The notes beneath the pieces were generated by a model. The model was not told the origin of the DNA. It was given only the letters and a program-made list of their open reading frames with translations, and did no database searches. The position numbers and the translations under genes were made by a program. From assembly GCA_030688315.1 (NCBI GenBank), contig JAUYIT010000030.1, forward strand, positions 1 to 58,261: 58,261 bases of DNA. The letters are read 5' to 3'. This DNA is from Candidatus Komeilibacteria bacterium (GTDB taxonomy: Bacteria; Patescibacteriota; Patescibacteriia; UBA1558; UBA10009). Positions 36,495-46,623 of the stretch are shown here, piece by piece (position 1 is the first letter of the stretch; every line of letters starts with the position of its first letter).

Positions 36495-36815
36495 ATGATT
36501 AAAAAAGAGAAAGAGATTATAAATCAAAATTTAATTAATGATTTTGTTGCCCGGTTGACGCGGGAGCGCGGACTGGATAATCTGGAAGCCGAAGTCATAT
36601 CCCAGATAAAAACAGATTTGGCGGATAGGGTTTCTAATAAGATAAACGCTGCGATTATTGAAAAAATGCCCATAGACAAATTAACTGATTTTGAAAGTTT
36701 ACTGGATACGGGTACGAGCAGTGAAGTCCAGGATTTTTGCGCCACTCATGTTCCGAATTTAAACAGCGTGGTCGCCGCGGCCTTGGCTGATTTTGCCGAC
36801 AGTTACTTAAAATAA
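36495..36815 (+). CDS. Small acidic helical protein (DUF5663-like)
   Basis: Helical acidic pattern recalled from CPR DUF5663-like proteins; 6 nt upstream of the giant gene. Confidence 0.6.
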   Translation: MIKKEKEIINQNLINDFVARLTRERGLDNLEAEVISQIKTDLADRVSNKINAAIIEKMPIDKLTDFESLLDTGTSSEVQDFCATHVPNLNSVVAAALADFADSYLK

Positions 36816-36821
36816 TAAAGT

Positions 36822-39800
36822 ATGCTTGAAAACCGGCAGTTAAGCCCCGAGAATAAAAATCCAGACAGATTGAAGGCGGTTATGGTTGACGTGTCGTCTC
36901 TGGCCGCCGACGCGGCTAGGGATGTGGCCATGGAAAATTTATCCAAAGACCGTCTGGAAGCCAATGGTTTTGGGGGTTTTCTCAAAAAATTGTGGAAACA
37001 TAATCTTTTTGCCGAATATTACCAGCAAAAAGAAATTATAAAAGCCAAAGAAAGCATTATTTCTTCCGGTAATGTTTTTGTTGATGAAACCGACGATAAG
37101 CAGTATCACGCGGCAGCCATGTCCGCTATTATTGAAAGATTCAGTTCTGACTATCATGATGCTTTGCACTTGGAAACAGGCGAAACAAAAGAAAATTTCG
37201 GCGCTTCGCCGGAAGAAGATCGGATAAAACGGCAATTAGTTGATTTGCTAAAAGAGTACGCGGAAAAAGATTTAAGCGATAAAAATATTGCTGATACTTT
37301 TGAAGCGGAAAAAAGCAGGATTTTTTCCCAAGTGCAGGATAAAAAAGCTAATATATTGTCCGGCGGCCACATGTACGCGGATAATCTTTTTGAAATCGCC
37401 AAGCAGATTCAACAGGCGATCATAGAAGGGCAGAGTATGGAAGATTTGACGGCTGATCTGGAATTTACCATCGGCCGGGCCAAAGCGGGCGTGAGGACCG
37501 AAGCGCAATACAACACGCTGGAAAGAATTTTTAATAAAATTTCAGAAACCAAGCCGGGCAAATATTTGGTCAGCAACGGCGTTTTGGCGTCGGGCTTGGC
37601 CCTGGCTTATTGTTTGTCATCCAAATTATCGCAATCGTTTGTGCGCAGCAAAGCGGCGCAATGGTCCACTTTTGGCGCCACTACTTTGCTGGCTGGGGGC
37701 TTATCCGGATTAAAGGAAGCAAAAAAGCTTGAAGAAGAGCGCGGTCAGTATTTCCGCCAAATGGCGAAGTCAAAAAGTTTTCGCGAGCAAAATCAAAATA
37801 ACGCCAGCGAGTATGAGGCCTATCGTTATCAGGCGGTTGATGCCGGCGCTTTAGCCGTAGCGATTGGCGGCGCGATGTACGAGCCTGGTCAGCCCGATGA
37901 AAAATTAAAAATGAAAGATCTTGACGCGGGCGGCTTGGAAGCTGCTTTGTCCGGTTTGGCGGAGTTGGAGGCGAGGGTTACGATGTCTGATAGGCAAAAA
38001 ATAGATTTAATCAGTTTTAGTGATGCTAAGTTGATTGAGCAGGAACGCTGGCAGTTGGATATATTGCGCGCCAAAGCCAAGATTGATTTAAAAAAATATT
38101 TTGCTCAAGCCGATAAAAAAAATATTTTACGGCAGGTTTGCGGTGATAGGGATTTGACGGAATTTTTAAATTCGCTCACGGAAGCCAAAATTTTTGGTCT
38201 GTTAAAAGGCACGGCTGGGGATGAAAACGGAATTGAGTTTAAAAACCGCTTGTTTAACAAAATGAAAAATAAAAAGGTGGCACAGGCGGTAATTAAGGGG
38301 GTACTAACCGCTCTTACAGTGGGCACGGCTGTGCAGGAAGGCATAGCATTGGCCACCGATCAGACCGGTTTTATTGAACGTATGATTAATGAGCATAAAG
38401 GTGATTCCGGTAAATACGCCACGGCATTGGAATCCTTGCGCCGTTGGATTAATCCCGAGCCCGATCAAATAATTACCACCGAACGGATTATAACCGAGAT
38501 AGTTGAACATGTTCCGTCCGAAGAATTAACCCAAGCGGCGGCTGAAAGCGCTTTGCCGCAAGCGGAGCCGCCAGATTTTAAAGACATTCATCGCGACCTG
38601 TGGTATGACAACGAAACCATTAAAGCTGATTTTAATGAATTAAAATTGCGCGGCGCGGGTATTAATCAGGCGATGGTTGACCAACATGGCAACTTTATTT
38701 TTTCGGTCAAGGAAATGGCCACAGACGGTTCCTTTGCAGGCGGTGGTTCAGCTGACGTTCCTAAGGCGCTGACCGAAGGAAAAATCAAGCTCTTGCTTTC
38801 TTTGAGCAAAGACACGCAGAACCAGGTTTTAGAGGTACCGATTGGCCCCGATGGTTTAGCTGTCATTACTAAAGACAGCCAAGCGGCCAGGATTTTATTT
38901 GATGAACAGGGTAATTTTTTGGGCCAGTATGCCGAAGTGGTTGAGGAGGGCCTGGTGGATGAAAACAATGTCCAGCACGTTAACGTTATCGCCACTATGG
39001 TCGGCAAGGGCGTGGAACCGATTGAAATTTTACCTGCCACGGCCGAACAGGTCGTTCCGGCACCAGAGCCGATTACGGAAACTAAAGAAAGATTGGTAAC
39101 CGAACAAACAATTATTCCCGGCCAAAAGTACCAACATGGTTTTCCGCCTCCGGCCATCGGTTTTTGGCAACGCTTAAAAACTTCCGTCAATTCCAAAGTA
39201 AAAAACAATTTAGAGGATCAAATTAAACCAGCAACAACCATGGAAAAAACGCCAAACCAACCAGTCCAAAATCCTGAAAAGCAAGAAAATATAAAAGTTG
39301 TTGAAGAGAAAACAATTGAAGAGAAGCCGAAGGAGGAGCAAAGAGATAATCCTGTATCCGCGCCTGCCGTTGTTGCCGCGCCGGTTATTGTGGCGGGAGC
39401 CATTGCTTTAAAATCAGCGGAACAAAAACAGGAAACTTCTGTTGAGAAAAAAAATATTGCGCCAACGGAAACGCCTGTTGTTAATGCAATGCAAGAGACA
39501 GGATCGACCAACAAAGAACAGTCAAAAGCGGAGCCCGCTAAACAGCCGGAGCCAGCCAAAAAAGAGCAGTCAGATTTGGCTCCGATGCCAGCTCAACAAC
39601 AGCCAGCTTTACCTGCCAGTCCGGAACCAACGCCTGCTCCGGCGGATAAAAAAGCCAAAGCGGCACGCGTAAAAAGAGAGCCAGCGGGCTTAAAGACGGA
39701 ACCTCAAAAAACAGAACCTCCTTTGCCGGTTGAATCAAAAACTCTAGAGCCGGAAAATATTGTTGTTGAATCGGAACCAGCCGCGCCCCAGCCGTTACAG

Positions 39801-41633
39801 CAAGCGCCTGCCTCGGCTCCTTTGCCGTCGCAACAAACTACGCCCGTCAAGGTGTCAACTGCTGAAATTAAAACTATGCCAGCTAAGGAACAAATAACTC
39901 AAGAAGGGAAGATTAAAACTGATGAAGTTATTAAGGAAGCTTTAGAAGGTGAGGCAAGTAAAACAATGTGGGATAAAGCCAATAAAGACAAGAGACAGAT
40001 AGTAAAAAATATCCTGGGTAAATTATTTTCTGATCCGGAATCAGCCCAAATGGCTAACAGATTAAATCTTAGTTTTGAAAAAGAACCAGGGGGTTTGATG
40101 TATTATTTTGAACATAATTTGTTGACCGTTGATTTAACTGAGATATCAGAAGTAACTTTAGAAGGTTTTAAAAAAAATATTAAACGTGGTCTATTTTTGT
40201 ATTTAAATAATTTATCAGATAGCACCCTTTCCTCTGATGATGTTCAAGAGTTTCGGCATTTTACTTTCAAGAGTTTCGGCAACTATACGGTGGACCAACT
40301 TTACAATGCAATTTACAAGGTAAAGGCGGTTTTTGGTTTTTTTATTAAAATAAACAATAAAACTTCTAACCAAAATAAGGAACTGGAGCATATCGTTGAA
40401 GCCGCCACTGGTTTTGCCGGCAAGTACCAGTTGTCCTTTTTTTGGGGGGAAGAAAATAAGCTGGACGCGGAGCATTTTAAGGTTACTTTGGATATCAATA
40501 ACGATATTAACCAACTAACCGAGTTTTTACTGTCTTTAGCCGATGTTTATCAGACAGAATTGAAAAAATTGGATGAATTAGCCCAGCAAAACAGATATCA
40601 AGAACGTGATTACAAGGAGGTGGTCCGTGAAAGCCAGGTGGAAATGGCTGGGGATGTAGACGGACGTTTGCAACGGCTGTTTAATGAACTAAAAGATTCG
40701 GATTTAGTCAAAGTTGAAGATGAAAATCTTATCTGGCAGGGAGGCAAAGGCCGGTTGTTGTTTGCTGGCGATATTTGCGGTGACCGCGATATGGACGGGT
40801 TTGAAATCTTGTCTAAATTGGCATATTTAAAACAGCAGGCCAAAAAAGAGGGTGGCACGGTGGACTGGCTGGCTGGCAACCACGAACAATTTTTGTTCAA
40901 TTATTTTTTCTTTGGCCGCACCGCTAACACCGATCCGGAAGTAACTAATAGCCCTTATGTCGGCATTTTGGAACCCGGCTTATTTTCCGCCGATAAAAAT
41001 TTTAAGCGCGATTTGGCCGAATTTAAAAAGCAATGGTTTGATGATGAAAGCGCGGCTGTTAATTTTGCGATTGGTAAAAAAATTATCGGCCGTTTTAGCG
41101 CAAGCCGACAGGAAATTTTAGCCAATATGCGCGCTAATTCGGAAGGCCGGCAGGTGCTGAAAAATCTGTGCCAGTATAAACTACTGGTTAAAAAAGATGA
41201 CACCCTGTTTTTGCACACGCCTATTACCCATAAAATAGCCATCATTTTAGCCAAAGCCAATGATTTGGATGTCAAAATAGACGAGATAAATGGCGTGTTC
41301 CGGACCGGCTTGTGGCGGTTTTTAATTGAAGGCAAAGAATTTAGCAGGGATGACAATCAGGAGTTTTTCTTTTACTACGATACTTTTTTGGAAACCGAAA
41401 ACCGCCATAATTTTACCGATCAGGTTTTGGAAACCCGTTTGCGCCAATTAGGCGTTAACGCCATCGCTCACGGGCATAATTATGAACTTAAATCGTCTAC
41501 AACTCGTCAATTACCGATAATTTCCGCTGATAATAATAAAGGCCAGCTGGGAATAAAAATTAAAACTGACGGGAATATAGAAGATTATGAACACAAAGGA
41601 GACAAAAGAATTGTCCGGCCAATTAAAAAATAA
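36822..41633 (+). CDS. 1603-aa multidomain protein: helical N-terminus with hydrophobic segments, Pro/Gln/Glu linker, C-terminal calcineurin-like metallophosphoesterase
   Basis: FAGDICGDRD, LAGNHEQ, LFLH and IAHGHN motifs in the last ~300 aa. Confidence 0.75.
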   Translation: MLENRQLSPENKNPDRLKAVMVDVSSLAADAARDVAMENLSKDRLEANGFGGFLKKLWKHNLFAEYYQQKEIIKAKESIISSGNVFVDETDDKQYHAAAMSAIIERFSSDYHDALHLETGETKENFGASPEEDRIKRQLVDLLKEYAEKDLSDKNIADTFEAEKSRIFSQVQDKKANILSGGHMYADNLFEIAKQIQQAIIEGQSMEDLTADLEFTIGRAKAGVRTEAQYNTLERIFNKISETKPGKYLVSNGVLASGLALAYCLSSKLSQSFVRSKAAQWSTFGATTLLAGGLSGLKEAKKLEEERGQYFRQMAKSKSFREQNQNNASEYEAYRYQAVDAGALAVAIGGAMYEPGQPDEKLKMKDLDAGGLEAALSGLAELEARVTMSDRQKIDLISFSDAKLIEQERWQLDILRAKAKIDLKKYFAQADKKNILRQVCGDRDLTEFLNSLTEAKIFGLLKGTAGDENGIEFKNRLFNKMKNKKVAQAVIKGVLTALTVGTAVQEGIALATDQTGFIERMINEHKGDSGKYATALESLRRWINPEPDQIITTERIITEIVEHVPSEELTQAAAESALPQAEPPDFKDIHRDLWYDNETIKADFNELKLRGAGINQAMVDQHGNFIFSVKEMATDGSFAGGGSADVPKALTEGKIKLLLSLSKDTQNQVLEVPIGPDGLAVITKDSQAARILFDEQGNFLGQYAEVVEEGLVDENNVQHVNVIATMVGKGVEPIEILPATAEQVVPAPEPITETKERLVTEQTIIPGQKYQHGFPPPAIGFWQRLKTSVNSKVKNNLEDQIKPATTMEKTPNQPVQNPEKQENIKVVEEKTIEEKPKEEQRDNPVSAPAVVAAPVIVAGAIALKSAEQKQETSVEKKNIAPTETPVVNAMQETGSTNKEQSKAEPAKQPEPAKKEQSDLAPMPAQQQPALPASPEPTPAPADKKAKAARVKREPAGLKTEPQKTEPPLPVESKTLEPENIVVESEPAAPQPLQQAPASAPLPSQQTTPVKVSTAEIKTMPAKEQITQEGKIKTDEVIKEALEGEASKTMWDKANKDKRQIVKNILGKLFSDPESAQMANRLNLSFEKEPGGLMYYFEHNLLTVDLTEISEVTLEGFKKNIKRGLFLYLNNLSDSTLSSDDVQEFRHFTFKSFGNYTVDQLYNAIYKVKAVFGFFIKINNKTSNQNKELEHIVEAATGFAGKYQLSFFWGEENKLDAEHFKVTLDINNDINQLTEFLLSLADVYQTELKKLDELAQQNRYQERDYKEVVRESQVEMAGDVDGRLQRLFNELKDSDLVKVEDENLIWQGGKGRLLFAGDICGDRDMDGFEILSKLAYLKQQAKKEGGTVDWLAGNHEQFLFNYFFFGRTANTDPEVTNSPYVGILEPGLFSADKNFKRDLAEFKKQWFDDESAAVNFAIGKKIIGRFSASRQEILANMRANSEGRQVLKNLCQYKLLVKKDDTLFLHTPITHKIAIILAKANDLDVKIDEINGVFRTGLWRFLIEGKEFSRDDNQEFFFYYDTFLETENRHNFTDQVLETRLRQLGVNAIAHGHNYELKSSTTRQLPIISADNNKGQLGIKIKTDGNIEDYEHKGDKRIVRPIKK

Positions 41634-41712
41634 TCCTTGCGTTTTACTTTGTTAATAAAATAGAGCCCTGTTTAAAAAACAGAGCTCTTTTTAACCGTTT
41701 GGCGGTTAAGTT

Positions 41713-42687
41713 TTATGTCCACAGCGCCGCGGCGCAGTAAGGGCAAACGCCGGGTTTATAGTTGACCTCATTGCCGCAGTTGTGGCAGGGGGCCGCGTAC
41801 CGGTACAGTTCGGCCAACAGCCAAAGCGGATATTGTCCGCCGCTTTTAGCGGTCAGCAACCGGTCCAGCGAGATCATTTGGGGCTTGCCGATGGCCAGTA
41901 TCCGCCGGGCATTATCAGGGTCCTGCTGGATATCGGGGTAGCGAACCGTGAGCTTGCCCAGGATCCGTTCCGTTTCTTCCAGTAGTTCGCCCTTATTGTC
42001 CGTTTTTGCTCCCGAAAAAGGATCGCACTTGGTCAAGGAGCAAAACAGCAGGTAAGCAAACGACCACCAGTCGTGCCCGGTTTTTACTGGCGGCAACGCC
42101 TGGTTGTTGACGATGGCTTGGTACAGTTCCGGATGCTGGGCCTGGCCCGGTTTGATCATTAACGAGTAATAGTTATCGGCCGGTTTGTTCCAGCTGTCGG
42201 TATCCACCAGGCAAACCTCGCAGTTTTGGCCGTTAAGCCGGAACATGATGTTGCCCGCGTTAAAGTCGCCGATTACCAGGCCGGCCGAGTGCGCGGCGGT
42301 TAAGGCCTGGTGCAAACGGCAGAACACCCAAGCCACTTCCTTAAAGCCGAATTCGGCTTCATCATCCTGTAAAAGATCGCCCAGATTGCTCCAGCCCAGG
42401 CATGATTGCATGGTGTAGCCGGCCAGCTGGTCGTTTTGATCAAAGATCAACTGCCACGGCAAAGCGGCTCTGTTGAGCAGGTTGTCGGCGCGCGAAAGTT
42501 CCACCAGGTTTTTTAAAAAACCGTGTTTGGCGGAATTTAGCGACAGGGCTTGGTGGAAGATTTTGGCTATCTGCGGCAAGCCGAACACCGAAATATCATG
42601 AAGATTGCCTTCGCCGCCAAAAGCGAACGGCTCGCTGTCCAGTTTTAGCTGGTCAGTGGCTCCCGGAGCTCCCAGATGGTAGTTCAA
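41713..42687 (-). CDS. Ser/Thr kinase-like protein (YegI/TerY-associated type) with C-terminal zinc ribbon
   Basis: GGEG, IAKIF, ALPW, VIGDFNAGNI, LVDTDS, HPEL, DWWSFA, CHNC..CPYC; TTG start with AGGAG. Confidence 0.8.
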   Translation of the reverse strand: MNYHLGAPGATDQLKLDSEPFAFGGEGNLHDISVFGLPQIAKIFHQALSLNSAKHGFLKNLVELSRADNLLNRAALPWQLIFDQNDQLAGYTMQSCLGWSNLGDLLQDDEAEFGFKEVAWVFCRLHQALTAAHSAGLVIGDFNAGNIMFRLNGQNCEVCLVDTDSWNKPADNYYSLMIKPGQAQHPELYQAIVNNQALPPVKTGHDWWSFAYLLFCSLTKCDPFSGAKTDNKGELLEETERILGKLTVRYPDIQQDPDNARRILAIGKPQMISLDRLLTAKSGGQYPLWLLAELYRYAAPCHNCGNEVNYKPGVCPYCAAALWT

Positions 42688-42729
42688 GATTAACTCCTGT
42701 GGTTGTTGGATTTTTTACGCGGCCGCGGT

Positions 42730-43353
42730 TCAGCTGATTAACAGCAGTTCGGCATCACGCAGTTCCAGCTCGTGGCTGGCCGCGGGCAGATTGTCAAGCC
42801 CGGGCAGATTGTTGTGCTCAAGCAGCGGCTGGCGGCCGTCAAAGTTGAAGCTTGGGTAGTATTGCCCGGCTACCAGCACGTGATTGTCGTAATATGGATT
42901 GCGAAAAGCGCGGATTTGCCAGTAGGCGGTTTGGCATAAGCCGGCCAGTTCGGCCAGCAAAATGCCGCGCAACGGCTTGAGTTCCGCCACCCGCGGTTCG
43001 TCTTGCTGTTCGTATTCTTGGCGGACCAGTAGGAAACGAACCATGTGGTAAGTTGCCTTACTGCGGCACTGATCAATCCGTTCCTGGTATTTGGCGTTGA
43101 CCAAAACATAACCGGCTTTGATCAGTCCGGCCGTCAACTGTGACGGCTTTACTCCCCGCGGTTTGCTTGGCAGAAGATCAATACCAGCGGCAACGGAAGG
43201 TTTGTTTTGCTGCCTTCTGGCGCGCGAATCTTCCACCTTTTCCGGCGGCATATTGCGCAGATTCCAGGGTACTGCCTGTTCGTTGGTAAAATCAAACTGC
43301 AGGCCGATCATGCGATCGGCGGCCGTCAGTTTGGTGATTAACTGTTGTGCCAT
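42730..43353 (-). CDS. Hypothetical protein
   Basis: ATG 43353 preceded by ACAAGAAAGGG, the RBS shared with neighbours; no recognisable motif. Confidence 0.7.
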   Translation of the reverse strand: MAQQLITKLTAADRMIGLQFDFTNEQAVPWNLRNMPPEKVEDSRARRQQNKPSVAAGIDLLPSKPRGVKPSQLTAGLIKAGYVLVNAKYQERIDQCRSKATYHMVRFLLVRQEYEQQDEPRVAELKPLRGILLAELAGLCQTAYWQIRAFRNPYYDNHVLVAGQYYPSFNFDGRQPLLEHNNLPGLDNLPAASHELELRDAELLLIS

Positions 43354-43479
43354 TGTTTGCCCTTTCTTGTTTGGCGTTGTTGGTTGTGAACGAGCTGTTT
43401 TATCCTTGATTGACAAAACTTTCTTCCAGGCAGTATTTAAAAAATAATATCCAGAAGAAAATCTTGTTTAAAAAAGTTC

Positions 43480-43515
43480 GGGAGCAGACAGCATCTTGCG
43501 ATGTTGTCTGCTCCC
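43480..43515. terminator. Strong intergenic hairpin
   Basis: GGGAGCAGACAGCATC/GATGTTGTCTGCTCCC. Confidence 0.6.
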
Positions 43516-43534
43516 TTGGGGATGAGATTGAGAA

Positions 43535-44320
43535 TCAGCCCTTGTTTTCCAGTTGCTCCTTTGACCAGAGATCAAAGAAGTGACAGAACATTTGTTGTGG
43601 CGTCTGCTTCTTTCCGTTCACGATTTTCTCGGTAGTCAGGTCATAGAAGCCGGAAAATTCAAAGCCGGTGGCTTCGGCTACCCGTTGAGCGCTTTGTTCC
43701 GTCAGCCCCTGGCCGGTTTTGAGAAAGGCCAGGGTGCATTGGATTTTAGGATTCCCTTGCTTATCCCTCTGTAGGTGCTGGTTTAGCGCCTGCCGTACTA
43801 CCGCCGCATCCAGCGGTTCGCGGTTGTTGGCGCCGTCAGTCAGCACGCAGATTTTGCCCCGGGGCTGAACGCCCAGATTATCCTTGGCCAGTTTGTCCAT
43901 TTCCAAACGCGTCCAGCTTAAGGCGGAAACCATGGCCAGGTACAGAGCGGTTTGCGCGCGCAAACCATCAGCGTTGATCCGGTTGATGTTCAGAGGGGCG
44001 TCGTCCAACCCTTTGACCGGTTTAAAACCGGGCCAGAGTGGAATTAGTTTGTCGGAAAACAGGATGCCGCCCACCAGCACGGTATTCAACTGGTTTTGCT
44101 TAACGCCTTTAAGGCCCGGAACCATGATGGTGTTGAACGAATCCACCAGAGTGCGGTAGTACTCGCTCATAGAGCCGGAAACATCCATCACGAAGTTGAA
44201 CACCGTCGGCTTATTGCCGCTGACGCGGACTTTTTGCCGTTTTTTTTCATCCACCAGCAGTTCGGGCGCGAATTCCTTGACGAATTCTTCGTTGCTGGGT
44301 AGAGTCCAGGTTTTGGTCAT
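43535..44320 (-). CDS. von Willebrand factor A (TerY-like) domain protein
   Basis: MIDAS DVSGSM, TALY, LTDGANN. Confidence 0.85.
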   Translation of the reverse strand: MTKTWTLPSNEEFVKEFAPELLVDEKKRQKVRVSGNKPTVFNFVMDVSGSMSEYYRTLVDSFNTIMVPGLKGVKQNQLNTVLVGGILFSDKLIPLWPGFKPVKGLDDAPLNINRINADGLRAQTALYLAMVSALSWTRLEMDKLAKDNLGVQPRGKICVLTDGANNREPLDAAVVRQALNQHLQRDKQGNPKIQCTLAFLKTGQGLTEQSAQRVAEATGFEFSGFYDLTTEKIVNGKKQTPQQMFCHFFDLWSKEQLENKG

Positions 44321-44344
44321 TTCTTTCCCTTTCTTGTTTTGTGG

Positions 44345-44557
44345 TTATCCGCGTCTGACGCGGACGTTGTTGCAGAAGTACTTGTAGCACTTACCGCACA
44401 TTAATTTGTTGTGCCAGCGTTGCAAGGGCTTGTTTGGCCTTTTGCAGACCGTGCAGGTGCCCCGGATCATTTTAGGGGGCTGCTTGTGCTGCTGGCGCGC
44501 GCTGTTGCCGGACACTAGTTTGAGTAGTGTCCTAAGGAGTGAGGGCTTGTTCCTCAT
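44345..44557 (-). CDS. Small basic zinc-finger protein
   Basis: CTVC..MCGKCY; RBS ACAGAAAGGG. Confidence 0.6.
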   Translation of the reverse strand: MRNKPSLLRTLLKLVSGNSARQQHKQPPKMIRGTCTVCKRPNKPLQRWHNKLMCGKCYKYFCNNVRVRRG

Positions 44558-44577
44558 TTTCTTCCCTTTCTGTTACG

Positions 44578-44796
44578 TTAGTAACGGCTTTTGGTGTAGT
44601 GGCCGGTTATTTTACGGCCTTTCCAGCGCAGAGTGGAATTGCGTGGCACGGAGTGCCACCAGCAATAGATCCACTCATAAATGTTGAGCCAGACGTCTTC
44701 TAGACTCATCCAGCTCGATTGCGGGTGCCGGCGGTTGCGGAATATTGACCGCTTCCGTCTTTTTTGCCCCGATCGCCTTCGGTGGGGTTTTCCCAT
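44578..44796 (-). CDS. Small Arg/Trp-rich hypothetical protein
   Basis: First ORF of the minus-strand operon; RBS TAAGGGG. Confidence 0.45.
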   Translation of the reverse strand: MGKPHRRRSGQKRRKRSIFRNRRHPQSSWMSLEDVWLNIYEWIYCWWHSVPRNSTLRWKGRKITGHYTKSRY

Positions 44797-45011
44797 GTTT
44801 TTCCCCTTATTTTTGTTGTATAAAGAGCAGTTTTTGATGCATTAAATCCTTGAACACACATCAAAAGTACTCAAACCTTAGCATAAAAATAATATTTGTC
44901 AAGCGTGTTTTATTAGGCATTGGTTGACAAAATACCCCGTTTGGGGTATTTTTTAGTTGCGCCGTCGCTATATTGCGCGCCGTCGCGATTTTGAAAATAT
45001 CTCAATCTTTA

Positions 45012-46001
45012 ATGAAGCTTAAAAATAAAAAAATTTGTTTATTATTGGCCGGTGGCACCATTATTTCCGAGCAGGATCGGCAGGCCGTTAATACCCCCCA
45101 AGATATTGAACCGTGGCTCAATAAACTGCCGGAACTCAACATTATGGGCGAACTGACGCCGGTGTTTATTTGCGGAGAAGAAAATCATCCGCACGGCCCG
45201 GCTTTATGGCAAAAGCTTTCAGCCGAGGTGTTTAAGCGCTACAATGATTTTGACGGTTTTATCATTACCAACGCGCCGCACGATATGCTCTACAACGCCA
45301 TCGCCCTTTCGTTTGCGCTTAAAAATATCAGCAAGCCGGTGGTTTTTACCGGATCGCCGCTCGGAGCCGTCAATAAATACATGGCCGAGGTTAAAAAGTT
45401 TTCCATGAGCAATTTGGGCGTTAGGGCCAATTTAATCAACGCCGTGCAAATCGCCGGCATGCCTTTTGGCGCGGTGGGCATTGTGTTCGGTAAATTTTGT
45501 TTGCGGGCGGTTAAGGCGCACCGCACCGAATTGGGTTCGCTTAATATTTTTACCGGTCTGGACGATTCGTATCTGGCTAAGATTGATTTCAGCTTTAGTT
45601 TGTTTGATCCCTGGATTCCGCCCAGCCGTCCGCCGGAATTAAAAAATAATTTTGAAGGCAAAGTTCTGGCTTTGGATTATTATCCGGGACTGGATTTTGA
45701 ATTTTTCAGCCGATCGATCGGCGAGGCCAAGGGGATTTTGCTTAAAAGCGTGCCCTTGGAACCTTTTGATAAAAAGTTTTTGGCTAATTTAAAAAAATTG
45801 CCCGTGCCCGTTTTGGTCTACAATCGCTTTTTTGTCCCGCCTTTAAACGCCGACAATTTGTTTGAAGTTTTCAATTTAACCAAGGATACGGCTTTGGTCA
45901 AGTTTATGTGGGCTTTGGGGCAAAGCAAGGATTTTTCCGAAATCAGGGATTTAATGGTTAACGGCCAAGCCAATGAATTTTTAAAAAATTCGCTTATATG
46001 A
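45012..46001 (+). CDS. Type I L-asparaginase-fold protein with degenerate active site
   Basis: LAGGTI, LSFAL..KPVVFTGS, ALVKFMWALG; the HGTDT motif reads NAPHD. Confidence 0.8.
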   Translation: MKLKNKKICLLLAGGTIISEQDRQAVNTPQDIEPWLNKLPELNIMGELTPVFICGEENHPHGPALWQKLSAEVFKRYNDFDGFIITNAPHDMLYNAIALSFALKNISKPVVFTGSPLGAVNKYMAEVKKFSMSNLGVRANLINAVQIAGMPFGAVGIVFGKFCLRAVKAHRTELGSLNIFTGLDDSYLAKIDFSFSLFDPWIPPSRPPELKNNFEGKVLALDYYPGLDFEFFSRSIGEAKGILLKSVPLEPFDKKFLANLKKLPVPVLVYNRFFVPPLNADNLFEVFNLTKDTALVKFMWALGQSKDFSEIRDLMVNGQANEFLKNSLI

Positions 46002-46564
46002 AAATATATTTTCACGCTAAAGAAAGTTCTGATTCGGAACAGCAAAAAATCCAGCGCCAGATTATTGATTTTTTGGAAAACAACGGCGTTTTGCTTTTAT
46101 CCAATCTTATCAAAGGCGAGTTAAAAGATGAACGGCTGGCTTTTGAAAATATGGACGGCCTGGTTATTGAAGGCAAAGATTCCGCGCCCGACGCGGGTTA
46201 CTTAATTGCTTTGGCTTTGGCGCAGGGCAAACGCGTTTTATTTTTACTGCCCAAAGGTTCAATTTTGCCCGATCAATTACGAAGTTTACAGGAAAACGGC
46301 AAATTAAAAAAATTAATCTTATTAAGATTTTATACTGACCGGACCTTAATCAATCAGCTGGTGGATTTTATTGATCTGATTGAAACCGGCGAGTTAAGAA
46401 GGGAAGTGCCGTCCGTTAAATTTACTTTGCGTTTTACGCCCCGCGCTGACCGGTATTTAACCTGGCTCAACCGCAAAAAGAAAATCAAAAAAGCGGATTT
46501 TTTGCGCCAGCTGATTGACGAGAGCATTAAAAATGATGAAGAATATCATACTCAGTTGAGGTAG
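45998..46564 (+). CDS. Nucleoside deoxyribosyltransferase-like domain with C-terminal ribbon-helix-helix
   Basis: MKIYF..DGLVIEG..AGYLIALALAQGKRVLFL; C-terminal KFTLRF..YLTW..KADFLRQLI; ATGA overlap. Confidence 0.6.
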   Translation: MKIYFHAKESSDSEQQKIQRQIIDFLENNGVLLLSNLIKGELKDERLAFENMDGLVIEGKDSAPDAGYLIALALAQGKRVLFLLPKGSILPDQLRSLQENGKLKKLILLRFYTDRTLINQLVDFIDLIETGELRREVPSVKFTLRFTPRADRYLTWLNRKKKIKKADFLRQLIDESIKNDEEYHTQLR

Positions 46565-46623
46565 GGCGAGGAAGGTGAAATTTAGTATTTATTTATAATT
46601 AGCCCACTAGTACTTATTTATAT

